The translations under genes were made by a program, and so were the position numbers. A DNA stretch of 64,000 bases from Saprolegnia diclina VS20 (taxonomy: Eukaryota): assembly GCF_000281045.1 (NCBI RefSeq), contig NW_008246070.1:1286193-1350192 (forward strand), given 5' to 3'. How positions within the stretch are numbered: the first letter of the stretch is position 1; every line of letters starts with the position of its first letter. Positions 13,677 to 23,558 of the stretch are shown here, in pieces. Under the pieces are notes generated by a model. It ran no database searches and was not told where the DNA came from. It saw only the letters and a list, made by a program, of their open reading frames with translations.

Positions 13677-13935
13677 CATTTCTGTACAACCCTATGACGT
13701 AATACCTAACCTCAAACAAGACAAGAAAATGAACCTATTACTTGATGCCCTCACCATTGTACATCGAATCGGAGCCCCGGTAGGCCCTTTACAGTCCTGG
13801 AGTGGTCGACGCACAACTCACAGGCAATCCGACGCGGCGCCTTTCGGTCGTTATAGTGAGCCCACCAACTGCCACGTGGCAGAACAGTCAACGGTTTGCA
13901 TTGCTGCTGAGGCGCTGCGACTTACTTATTTGGTA

Positions 13936-15232
13936 TAGCCGAAGACCCACCCGCGTGTCGATTCCAGAGTCACCCGATAGCCCATCACCGTTCTCGCAGC
14001 CGCTATCCCGCTCATGCAGCAACTCGGTGCGCATTGGTACGACCAAGAGACATCTCTGGTTATGGACATCTACGGGTGGTCTTACGACGGATAGACGCAT
14101 CGGTCGCTTAATGACCGCCTTTGGTGACCTTGACGCCCAGCGCCGCCACCTTCTTCTCGATCGAGAGTCCCTTCTTGAGGTCTTCCTCGAGATCGATGAG
14201 CTTCCAGATGCCGTCGATCATGGTCTGCACGAGCTCGACCTCGGAGTAGCCGATGCGCGCCTTGTTGGAGACGTCGTAGACGCCGCCAGGACCCGGCGGC
14301 GAGTGCTCGCCCTTGGCGCCGCGCGCCTGAAGACCGAGCGCATCGCAGAGCGCGTAGAACTGGTCCGAGTTCTCCGAGAGCTTGGGGAACTTGATCATGA
14401 CGCTGGCGCGGAGACCCGTGCCGAGGTTGGACGGACACGTGCACACAAACCCGAGGTGGTCGTCGTACATGTACTCGCGGCCCTCGGCCTTGACGACCTT
14501 CTCAACGTCGGCGACGCCGCGGCAGAAGCGCTCAAAGACGTTCTTGACGTTGCCCGTGTTCTCCATCGAGATGACGCGCATGTGGTCTTCCTCGTTGACC
14601 CAGACAAGGAACGTCTTTTGGTCGTTGTGGAAGATGCCACGTCCATCGGGCCAGTCGCGCGCCGCCCCGGCGTTCGTGAGGAGTGTGCCACCGCCCGGCT
14701 TTTGGAAGAGAAAGTGGTCGTCGATGAGCTGCTGCTCTTCGTTCTTGGTCATCTTGCTCAGCGGATAGTACTTGCCACGGAGGTCGCCAATGAGGTTGCC
14801 GAGCGCCTTGGAGAGCACGCGCTCCACTTCACGGCGCTCGCCGCGGGACGTGCCCGGCGGGAGGGCGAGGCCGCGGACGCTGCGACCCGCGCGGATGCGC
14901 GTCGACTCGACGTACGACGACGGGATGTCGCCGTTCTTGATCTTGGTGTAGTCCATGTCCGAGTGGTGCTTGTCCGTGGGCTTGTAGCCGTGCCAGCCTT
15001 CGATGACGAGGTCCATGAGCTCCTTGAAGGTCACGAACGACTCTTCGTCGCCAGCGACAATGCCGACGCCAAGGTGCGGCGTGTCGATGCCGGTCTGGAT
15101 CGCTTGGTCGAGCGTGTAGCCCGACGCTGTCGCGCGACCTGCGAGCTTGTGGTAGATCTCGGGCGTGAGGTTCTTGGCCATGAGCGACCGGTGCTTGGGC
15201 GACAAGACCGGGTAGTTGTTGTACTTGGGCTT
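13936..15232. repeat. Left arm of a 1297-bp near-identical inverted repeat (partner 18511-19807)
   Basis: Reverse complement matches 18511-19807 with about 7 substitutions counted by eye. Covers the kinase catalytic CDS plus 172 bp past the stop codon. Confidence 0.95.
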
Positions 15233-15476
15233 CTCCGACTTGGCCTCCACAGGCTTCAATCCAAGATCGTGCTCGATGGCGCGAAGGCGTGCGGCGATTT
15301 CTTCAAGCGTGATTGGCGCCGCTGGGGCGTTGGCAGTAGCCGGGCGGTGCAGGCCGCCGGCGATGCCGAGCGTGAAGGCGCCGACACTGGCGACGACGTG
15401 GGCGTTGCTACGCAGAGCTTTGGCTACATCCCATGGTTAGGGCGATACGTGATGGCACGTGGAAGGTACCGAACAT
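14108..15476 (-). CDS. Phosphagen kinase (ATP:guanido phosphotransferase; taurocyamine-kinase-like), copy 1
   Basis: [45 protein letters not shown]. 7-nt first exon ATGTTCG (15476-15470), intron 15469-15424, giving [11 protein letters not shown]... Confidence 0.95.
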
Positions 15477-16038
15477 GGTTTGTAGCGCAAATGGAAAACT
15501 GGCGACGGCCAGCGCAGGGCTTCTATTGTTCGATGTGGCGGTTGGTTGGCGCCAAAAGAGGATACGGCAACGTCTGGACGATTGGATCTGGTCACAAACA
15601 AGTATACTAGTACGCTGAACTAGATTGCAATTCAATTGTCGGTAAATTGCAGAAAACAAAGCGGTGAATTGCAGAAAGCAACGTGGTTTTCTGGTGCATC
15701 TCGACACTTGGCTGCATCGACGGTGCAGCAAGATCCAAAACGTAGATTTGGCGCCGTCGAAATTCCTGAATTTTAGCCAATCACAGAGCTGCATGCGATG
15801 CTGCCGGGGGGCTCGCTCGTCGGTCATTTTGAAATGAAGTTTAATAAAAACGCGAAATGGCTCAGTGATTTGAAAAAAATACAAAGATCATCTTACTAAA
15901 TTCAAGTCATATATTATGGGAGACAAAAATAAAAAGACATGTCGTGTATTTTTATAAATTCGCAAAATCGCTGATTTCCACAACTTGTCCACTCAAAACA
16001 CTTCATTTGCTTGGAGGCCCGTCGAGACAAGAGCAACC

Positions 16039-17971
16039 ATGATGATGGTAAGTCGCTGCCGCCGAGGAAGCTTGCGCAGTCTGCCCGCGCCTCCATGGAA
16101 CCTCCCCTTCTTGGCTCCATGGAGATGCGAGGATGGGCTAACCGCATGCACATGCTTCCTGGATCGACGATCGAAGCTCATGCACCATCCTTCGCATAGC
16201 AACCGCAAATTATCCTCCTCAAGGAAGGGACCGACACGAGCCAGGGCAAGTCGCAGCTCATTAGCAACATCAACGCGTGCCAAGCCGTGATGGAGAGCGT
16301 CCGCACGACGCTGGGCCCCCGCGGCATGGACAAGCTCATCCACAAGGGCACGAAGACGACAATCTCGAACGATGGCGCCACCATCATGGGCCTCTTGGAC
16401 ATTGTGCACCCGGCGGCCAAGACCTTGGTCGACATCTCGCTCTCGCAGGATGCTGAAGTCGGTGATGGTACGACGTCGGTCGTCTTGCTCGGCGGCGAGT
16501 TCCTCAAGCAGGCCAAGCCGTTCATTGAGGAAAACATGCACCCGCAGACGATCATCAAGAGCTACCGCAAGGCCTGCCAGTTGGCTGTCCAGAAGATTCG
16601 CGATATCCAGGTTCGCGTCTCGGAGACGGACTCTGTCGGCTACCGTCAGATGCTGGAGCGTGTTGCCGGCACGGCGCTCAACTCGAAGCTCATTAGCTCG
16701 CAGAAGGGCTTCTTCGCGCCCATGGTCGTCGACTCGATCTTGAGCCTCGACACTGACATGGACATCACGATGGTCGGTATCAAGAAGGTTCCCGGTGGCT
16801 CTGTCACGGACTCGTTTATGGTTCGCGGTACGCCTCTATAAACTGCGATTGCATCGACTCATAAGGATGAATCGCAGGTGTGGCCTTCAAGAAGACGTTC
16901 TCGTACGCCGGCTTTGAGCAGATGCCCAAGTACTTCAAGAACCCCAAGATCCTGCTTCTCAACGTCGAGTTGGAGCTCAAGTCGGAGAAGGAGAACGCCG
17001 AGGTCCGCCTCGACGACCCGTCGCAGTACCAGTCGATCGTCGATGCCGAGTGGAACATCATTTACGACAAGCTCGACAAGTGCGTCAAGTCGGGCGCCCA
17101 GATCATCTTGTCCAAGCTCCCCATTGGTGACTTGGCCACGCAGTACTTTGCCGACCGCGGCTTGTTCTGCGCCGGCCGTGTTGCGCAGGACGACATGGAG
17201 CGTACGATGCGCGCGACGGGCGGTGTCATCCAGACGAGCGTCCAGGACATGACGCCCAACGTTTTGGGTAGCTGCGGCATCTTTGAGGAGAAGCAGGTCG
17301 GCAACGAGCGCTACAACCTCTTCACCGAGTGCCCCAAGTCCAAGACTGCGACGGTTGTCTTGCGCGGCGGCGCCGAGCAGTTCATCGAGGAAGCCCACCG
17401 GTCCGTCCACGATGCGCTCATGGTCGTCAAGCGCACGGTCTCGTCGTCGACGGTCGTTGCTGGTGGCGGCGCCATCGAAATGGAAATGTCGCGTCACTTG
17501 CGCGAGTACGCCCGCACGGTCGAAGGCAAGGCGCAGCTCTTGATCAACGCCTTTGCCAAGGCCTTTGAAATCATCCCGCGCCAGCTCGCGGACAACGCCG
17601 GCCACGACTCGACCGACATTTTGAACCGCCTGCGCCAGAAGCACTTCAAGGAACCCGAAACGGGCAAGTGGTTCGGCGTCGACATCAACACTGGCGGCAT
17701 CTGCGACACATACGCGTCCCATGTCTGGGAACCCGCGGCCAACAAGATCAACTCGGTCGCTGCCGCCACGGAGGCTGCGTGCTTGATCCTCTCGGTCGAC
17801 GAGACGGTCCGGAACCCCAAGTCGGAGCAGCCCCAGGGCGGTCCCGGCGGCCCCGGCGGTGCGCCCATGAGCGCAGCCATGGGTGGCCAGGGTATGCGTG
17901 GCATGGGCATGAACGGTCGCGGCGGCTTGGGCAAGGGCGTCCGCGCCTTCCGCGGCAAGGGCGGCGCATAG
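16039..17971 (+). CDS. CCT7: T-complex protein 1 subunit eta (CCT/TRiC chaperonin)
   Basis: [69 protein letters not shown]. Introns 16048-16199 and 16828-16877. Confidence 0.96.
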
Positions 17972-18240
17972 ACGTCTCGTATTTGGATAGTATGTAGGTT
18001 ACTCCATCATTTTTAACACAGAAAATGACTTCAGCACAGATTGCTCTTGTTGCTCAGTAAGCGCGCGGGCTGTCGGAGACCCCCAAGATTCGCCCGCGAC
18101 GCTTCGCTGGATACTTTGCCACGAAGACTTTCAGTAGCCAGCGCCACGATGATTGGAGGAAACGATGCTTTCCGCTACATTTTGGACCAATCCGCATCGT
18201 TGGGGCTGCTGGAAGATCGCCTTCGCCTCGACCACAAGAT

Positions 18241-18256
18241 CTCACATTCGCAGTTT
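18241..18256 (+). promoter_or_regulatory. Oomycete Inr + FPR core promoter element
   Basis: CTCACATTCGCAGTTT about 18 nt upstream of the kinase ATG at 18274; CCAAT/ATTGG boxes near 18151 and 18187. Confidence 0.5.
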
Positions 18257-18273
18257 AGCTCTCCGACCCCAAC

Positions 18274-19635
18274 ATGTTTGGTACGTCGCCGCGTCAGCAA
18301 TGAGATCTTAGCGCTCTTCTTATGGTAGCTAAGGCCCTTCGCAGCAACGCCCACGTCGTCGCCGGCGTCGGCGCCTTCACGCTCGGCATCGCCGGCGGCC
18401 TCCATCGCCCCGCGACTGAGAGTGCTTCGACGCACTCGGCGCTCCAGGAAATTGCCCTCCGCCTTCGCTCCATTGAACAGGACCTCGGCCTCAAGTCGCC
18501 CGAGGATGCCAAGCCCAAGTACAACAACTACCCGGTCTTGTCGCCCAAGCACCGGTCGCTCATGGCCAAGAACCTCACGCCCGAGATCTACCACAAGCTC
18601 GCAGGTCGCGCGACAGCGTCGGGCTACACGCTCGACCAAGCGATCCAGACCGGCATCGACACGCCGCACCTTGGCGTCGGCATTGTCGCTGGCGACGAAG
18701 AGTCGTTCGTGACCTTCAAGGAGCTCATGGACCTCGTCATCGAAGGCTGGCACGGCTACAAGCCCACGGACAAGCACCACTCGGACATGGACTACACCAA
18801 GATCAAGAACGGCGACATCCCGTCGTCGTACGTCGAGTCGACGCGCATCCGCGCGGGTCGCAGCGTCCGCGGCCTCGCCCTCCCGCCGGGCACGTCCCGC
18901 GGCGAGCGCCGTGAAGTGGAGCGCGTGCTCTCCAAGGCGCTCGGCAACCTCATTGGCGACCTCCGTGGCAAGTACTATCCGCTGAGCAAGATGACCAAGA
19001 ACGAAGAGCAGCAGCTCATCGACGACCACTTTCTCTTCCAAAAGCCCGGCGGTGGCACACTCCTCACGAACGCCGGGGCGGCGCGCGACTGGCCCGATGG
19101 ACGTGGCATCTTCCACAACGACCAAAAGACGTTCCTTGTCTGGGTCAACGAGGAAGACCACATGCGCGTCATCTCGATGGAGAACACGGGCAACGTCAAG
19201 AACGTCTTTGAGCGCTTCTGCCGCGGCGTCGCCGACGTCGAGAAAGTCGTCAAGGCCGAGGGCCGCGAGTACATGTACGACGACCACCTCGGGTTTGTGT
19301 GCACGTGTCCGTCCAACCTCGGCACGGGTCTCCGCGCCAGCGTCATGATCAAGTTCCCCAAGCTCTCGGAGAACTCGGACCAGTTCTACGCGCTCTGCGA
19401 TGCGCTCGGTCTTCAGGCGCGCGGCGCCAAGGGCGAGCACTCGCCGCCGGGTCCTGGCGGCGTCTACGACGTCTCCAACAAGGCGCGCATCGGCTACTCC
19501 GAGGTCGAGCTCGTGCAGACCATGATCGACGGCATCTGGAAGCTCATCGATCTCGAGGAAGACCTCAAGAAGGGACTCTCGATCGAGAAGAAGGTGGCGG
19601 CGCTGGGCGTCAAGGTCACCAAAGGCGGTCATTAA
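18274..19635 (+). CDS. Phosphagen kinase (taurocyamine-kinase-like), copy 2
   Basis: Same catalytic motifs as copy 1. 7-nt first exon ATGTTTG (18274-18280), intron 18281-18328. Catalytic domain is identical in protein sequence to copy 1. Confidence 0.95.
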
Positions 19636-19807
19636 GCGACCGATGCGTCTATCCGTCGAAAGACCACCCGTAGATGTCCATAACCAGAGATGTCTCTTGG
19701 TCGTACGAATGCGCACCGAGTTGCTGCATGAGCGGGATAGCGGCTGCGAGAACGGTGATGGACTATCGGGTGACTCTGGAATCGACACGCGGGTGCGTCT
19801 TCGGCTA
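18511..19807. repeat. Right arm of the 1297-bp inverted repeat (partner 13936-15232)
   Basis: Direct sequence comparison with the reverse complement of 13936-15232. Confidence 0.95.
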
Positions 19808-20078
19808 GGTAACATGGCCCACGCACGCAACTGCAGCGCCCATGAAGCACCAACTCGAAGACTACGACGTTCTCGCGGGCGTCTCTCTCGTGGTCGCGAC
19901 CTCGGCGAATGCGACGTGATCAGCCTCGTAATCGGGGCGCTGTGGTTCCCACTCATACGCATGAGGTTGGACGACACTCGGCAGCCATCTCGAGGGAGTA
20001 GACCTCAACCGGATCGTATGGGGAAGGGTCGTAACTGGGCGCGGTTTCGACGACCACGGTGTTGGTGATACAGATCGC

Positions 20079-21616
20079 ATGGGACAGAGCGTGAGCCAAG
20101 TACGGCGTCGGCTACAGGGTGAGCCGCCACCGCAGGACGAGGCGACAGAAGGGCCACCGCCTGACCCTGTCACCCTCCTCGAGACGAACAAGGCGCCGCT
20201 CTTCATCGAGGACTACGACGCGCCCAATGCCGAGTGGAACCGCGAAACGCTATACACCTACGCCAAGCGGCTCTGCGGCGCGCTGCCCGAGTCCGAGGTC
20301 CTCGCCTCCGCTTCCGTGCATCGCCTCATGCTGCTGCGTAGACGGAGCGGCGCAAACGGTCCCAGCGCCACGCCTCGTTCGTCCCTGGCACCCACAGCGA
20401 CATCCAGTACGGCTGTCGTCTTGGTGCACTGCCACATGCTTGCTTGTGTAGCTTTTCGTGCCAGCACCAGCAAAGCGTCCCCGTCCTCGTGGCCGACGCG
20501 GCCGTGCGACGCATGCAAACCTTCATGCGCCGCGTCATGTACCGGCGGCGCTGGCGCAACACCGTGTATACGCTCGTCCATCGGCTCCGCGAGCAAGCGC
20601 AGCTCGAGCGCGTCCGCGCCGAAGAAGCCGCGATGCTCGGCCGCTTTCGCGATATTTTGCTTGGCGGTTTCTCGGCCGCCAAGGTCTCGGCGCGCGGCAA
20701 CCTCAAGAACATAACCATGCGCCTCGTTGTCGACGGCGACGCGTGCTACTTGACGTGGACACCGTCCGTGAAGAAGGCCCCGCGGCTCTTTATCCGTGCG
20801 TCTCCATCTTGTGGTTTGGATGCGAACATCATGTGCATGGTAGATCACATTGATCGCGTCGTTGCCGTCAAGAAGGGCGAGAACCTGCATGTGCCATCGC
20901 GGCTCTTGCGGCACATTAGCTACCGCCGGTCGCTCATCATCTACGGCACGCTGCCGCATCTGGCGGCGCTGCCTCTGCGCACCATCCTCCAAGTCGGGTC
21001 GTCCAAGGAGCGCGATCTTCTCGTGCGCGGCTTCTCGCAGTTCCTCTCCGACTCGGTCTTTCAGACATTCATGGACGACGCCGGCGTGCTTCGGAAAGAC
21101 AAGCGGCGCGCGTCCATCACGTACTTTAACCCGACGCCAGCGGAGACGACGACGGACCACCTCACGGCCTTGGAGCGACTCGAGCGCGCCGAGACTCGCC
21201 AGCGCCGCGGCCGCGTCTCGTGCTTTGCCTCCAACGAACCGCAGGACCTCAACGACGACGACGACGATGATAACGGCAATGAAGCCCATCACCATCGGAG
21301 CGACTTTGTGCTGAGCGACGACGACGAGCAGCCCGAGCCGGACCGGTCCGGGTCGGACCACAGCGACGACGGTGTACCAGTCCACCCCCACTCGACTGCT
21401 GCGACTACGACCAACAACAATGCCAGTGCCGAGTTGGAGGAGAAGGCGCCACCGCCGCTATTGCAGTACTATGCGACGCGCTACGACGACATGGAAGTCG
21501 CGCCGGGCGTCGTGGACCACCGGCCACGGGCGGCGCTGCCTGTGCTACAGCAAGCGCACCTCGAGAAGGAAGAAGCGTCGCTGGCCTATTTATTCGAGAG
21601 TCTGCTTTCGCAATAA
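20079..21616 (+). CDS. IQ-motif plus PH-like domain protein, possible N-myristoylation
   Basis: MGQSVS start. IQ-like AAVRRMQTFMRRVMYRRRW. PH-like segment GFSAAKVSARG..MRLVVDG..YLTWTP..RSLIIYG..TILQVGSSKERDLLVRGFSQFL. Acidic disordered tail. Introns at about 20424-20464 and 20796-20844. Confidence 0.7.
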
Positions 21617-21643
21617 GAAATCGTATCATTATCAAACGACACC

Positions 21644-22529
21644 TTAGTCGGTCTTTTGGAGCTTTGTCGACGGAAACGCCAGGCGCAGCGCGGCCATGTG
21701 CGGCGGGTGCAGCGGCAGAAGCGCGATATGCAGCGGCCCAAACACTTGGCGCAAATTGCCAAGAACGCCGACGTAGTAGTAGTTGACGTAGCCGACCTCG
21801 TCGCGCTTTTCGCAGTACTCGAGCGTCGTCATGTTGCTCGCTGCGAGGTAGAGATGCATCAAGCCAAAGCACGTGAGCGCAATGCCGACGCAGACGCTGA
21901 CAAAGCCAACGAGCACGATCTGGCAGTGCGCCGACGTGAGCGTGAGCTGCCCGAGAAGGAAGTCGCTGCTGAGCTCGTCCAGCGCACTCGGGACCGAGTA
22001 CGTGTACAAGAGACTGGCCTCCAAGAGGCACGAGACAGCACTCCAAAAGAGGAAGAGCACGAAGAACTTGTAGTTCTCAAGGCCAATGCACCTAGTGCCA
22101 TGAGCATGCATGGCCATAATAGGGAGGCACGTACTTGTTGAGGAAGACGCAGTGGTGGTCCATCTTGGCAATGCACGCGTTGCACGAGCTGCAGTGGTGC
22201 GTGCGGTCAGGCTTGGGCAGGTCGCACTTGCGGCAAAACCGCTTCTCGCCATTGTACTTGAGCTCGACGACGCCCAGTGCGGTATCGCTTTGCTGCAGGA
22301 GCGGGCTCTCTCTGGCAAAGACGGGCGCGGTCATCGTGCGGCCGAGCGACGCGCCAAGCAGGAGGACGCAGAGCTGGTACACGAGCGCGTGCAGCAGCGG
22401 GACGCGGGCTAGCCCCCGCGGGTTGAAGACAAAGCACGTGTAGAGCCAGAGTATGAGGAGCCCAATCGCGCACGGGAGGAAGAGCCGCATGACCTTGGGC
22501 ATCCCCTTGAGGCAGCCGCACCAGCACAT
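21644..22529 (-). CDS. DHHC-CRD protein S-acyltransferase
   Basis: FCRKCDLPKPDRTHHCSSCNACIAKMDHHCVFLN|CIGLENYKFF, NMTTLE, four TM segments. One intron near 22092-22134. Confidence 0.94.
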
Positions 22530-22898
22530 GGCGCCGACGGATCAATTGTCGCTGTTTAGTCGATGCCACTTGGCACAAAGTATCTCGTTTAGTCGCTTAG
22601 TCGCAGGAGTGCTCCAACGGCAGTCGAGGACCGTTTCCTGCAACCGGTAGCGCGCCATTGCAAGATGGATGAGCACCTCACAGGCAGCAGCCGCGCTGGC
22701 GCGCGCGAGTCGTGTCGCGCAAGTGAGGACCTACTGGAACAAGGCATGATCGAGTTAGTCGATGGGTTTGTTTAGTCGATGCGCACGAGCGTGGCCTTTG
22801 CTGGCTCGCGCCGATTGGCTATAATTCTGGCCCTTTCGGTGTGCAGTTTTTGATTTCCACCAACGCGAATGCACAGTCGATCCGGGTTCGGGACCAAG

Positions 22899-23479
22899 AT
22901 GGCGAACCGAAGCGCGGCCGACCGCGCGGCCCTGTACAACCGCCTCTCGGTGCGTTCTCTCGCTTGTGTATGGCGATGGCCTCTGGCGGCGCCTGCGCAG
23001 AGGCCATCCACAGCTCCATCGCCAAGATCCGAGGGCTCAGCATGGGCGTAGAACACGCCAACGTCCAACAGCGCGACGGCCGAGCAGACGCAGCGGCTCA
23101 TGGAAGACCAGAACGACGAGAAAATCGATCAATTATCTATTCAGATTGGCACGCTCAAGGACGTACGCGCCCTCTCATCCTCGACGTACTCATGCTCCCA
23201 TGGTCGGTAGTTGACGCGTACGATCAACAACCAAGTGACCGAAGACAACCGATTCCTCGGCGACATGGTACGCTTCTTTGGCCATCATGGTGGACGATTC
23301 CGATCAAACGCGGGACATAGGACCGCGCGTTTAGCAACACCGAGTCGCTCATGGGCGGGACGCTCAAGAAGCTCGGGACGATGATGGAGCAGGGTGGGCC
23401 CAAGCACATGTGCATGCTCATTACGTTTGTTGTCGTCGTCTTTGTGCTCATGTACCTCCTCATGACGGGCAAGTACTAA
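22899..23479 (+). CDS. BET1: Bet1-like Qc-SNARE
   Basis: Spliced product MANRSAADRAAL...LMEDQNDEKIDQLSIQIGTLKD|LTRTINNQVTEDNRFLGDM|DRAFSNTESLMGGTLKKLGTM, then C-terminal TM HMCMLITFVVVVFVLMYLLM. Confidence 0.85.
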
Positions 23480-23558
23480 TGCTAGTCCCAACACGATCGT
23501 CTACAACGTCGAGTTTGTACTTCATAAAAGTGGTTCTTAGTCGCCCGTGACGAGAGGA

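Noticed and set aside
13780..14110. Possible extra 3' exons of the coiled-coil gene overlapping the kinase 3' flank
   Set aside because: The plausible splices after 13599 hit stop codons by about 13700, so an extension cannot be supported without transcripts.
13802..15610. 602-aa plus-strand ORF and its 600-aa mirror at 18175-19977
   Set aside because: Antisense shadows of the codon-biased kinase genes. Their similarity to each other simply reflects the inverted repeat.
18322..18330. ORF-track start MVAKALRS for kinase copy 2 (and the TTG start for copy 1)
   Set aside because: That ATG lies within the intron end. A conserved 7-nt first exon in both copies gives a consistent MFAKALRS start.
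13936..19807. Inverted arms read as a composite transposon or TIR element carrying CCT7
   Set aside because: No transposase and no target-site duplication seen. The arms are kinase genes.
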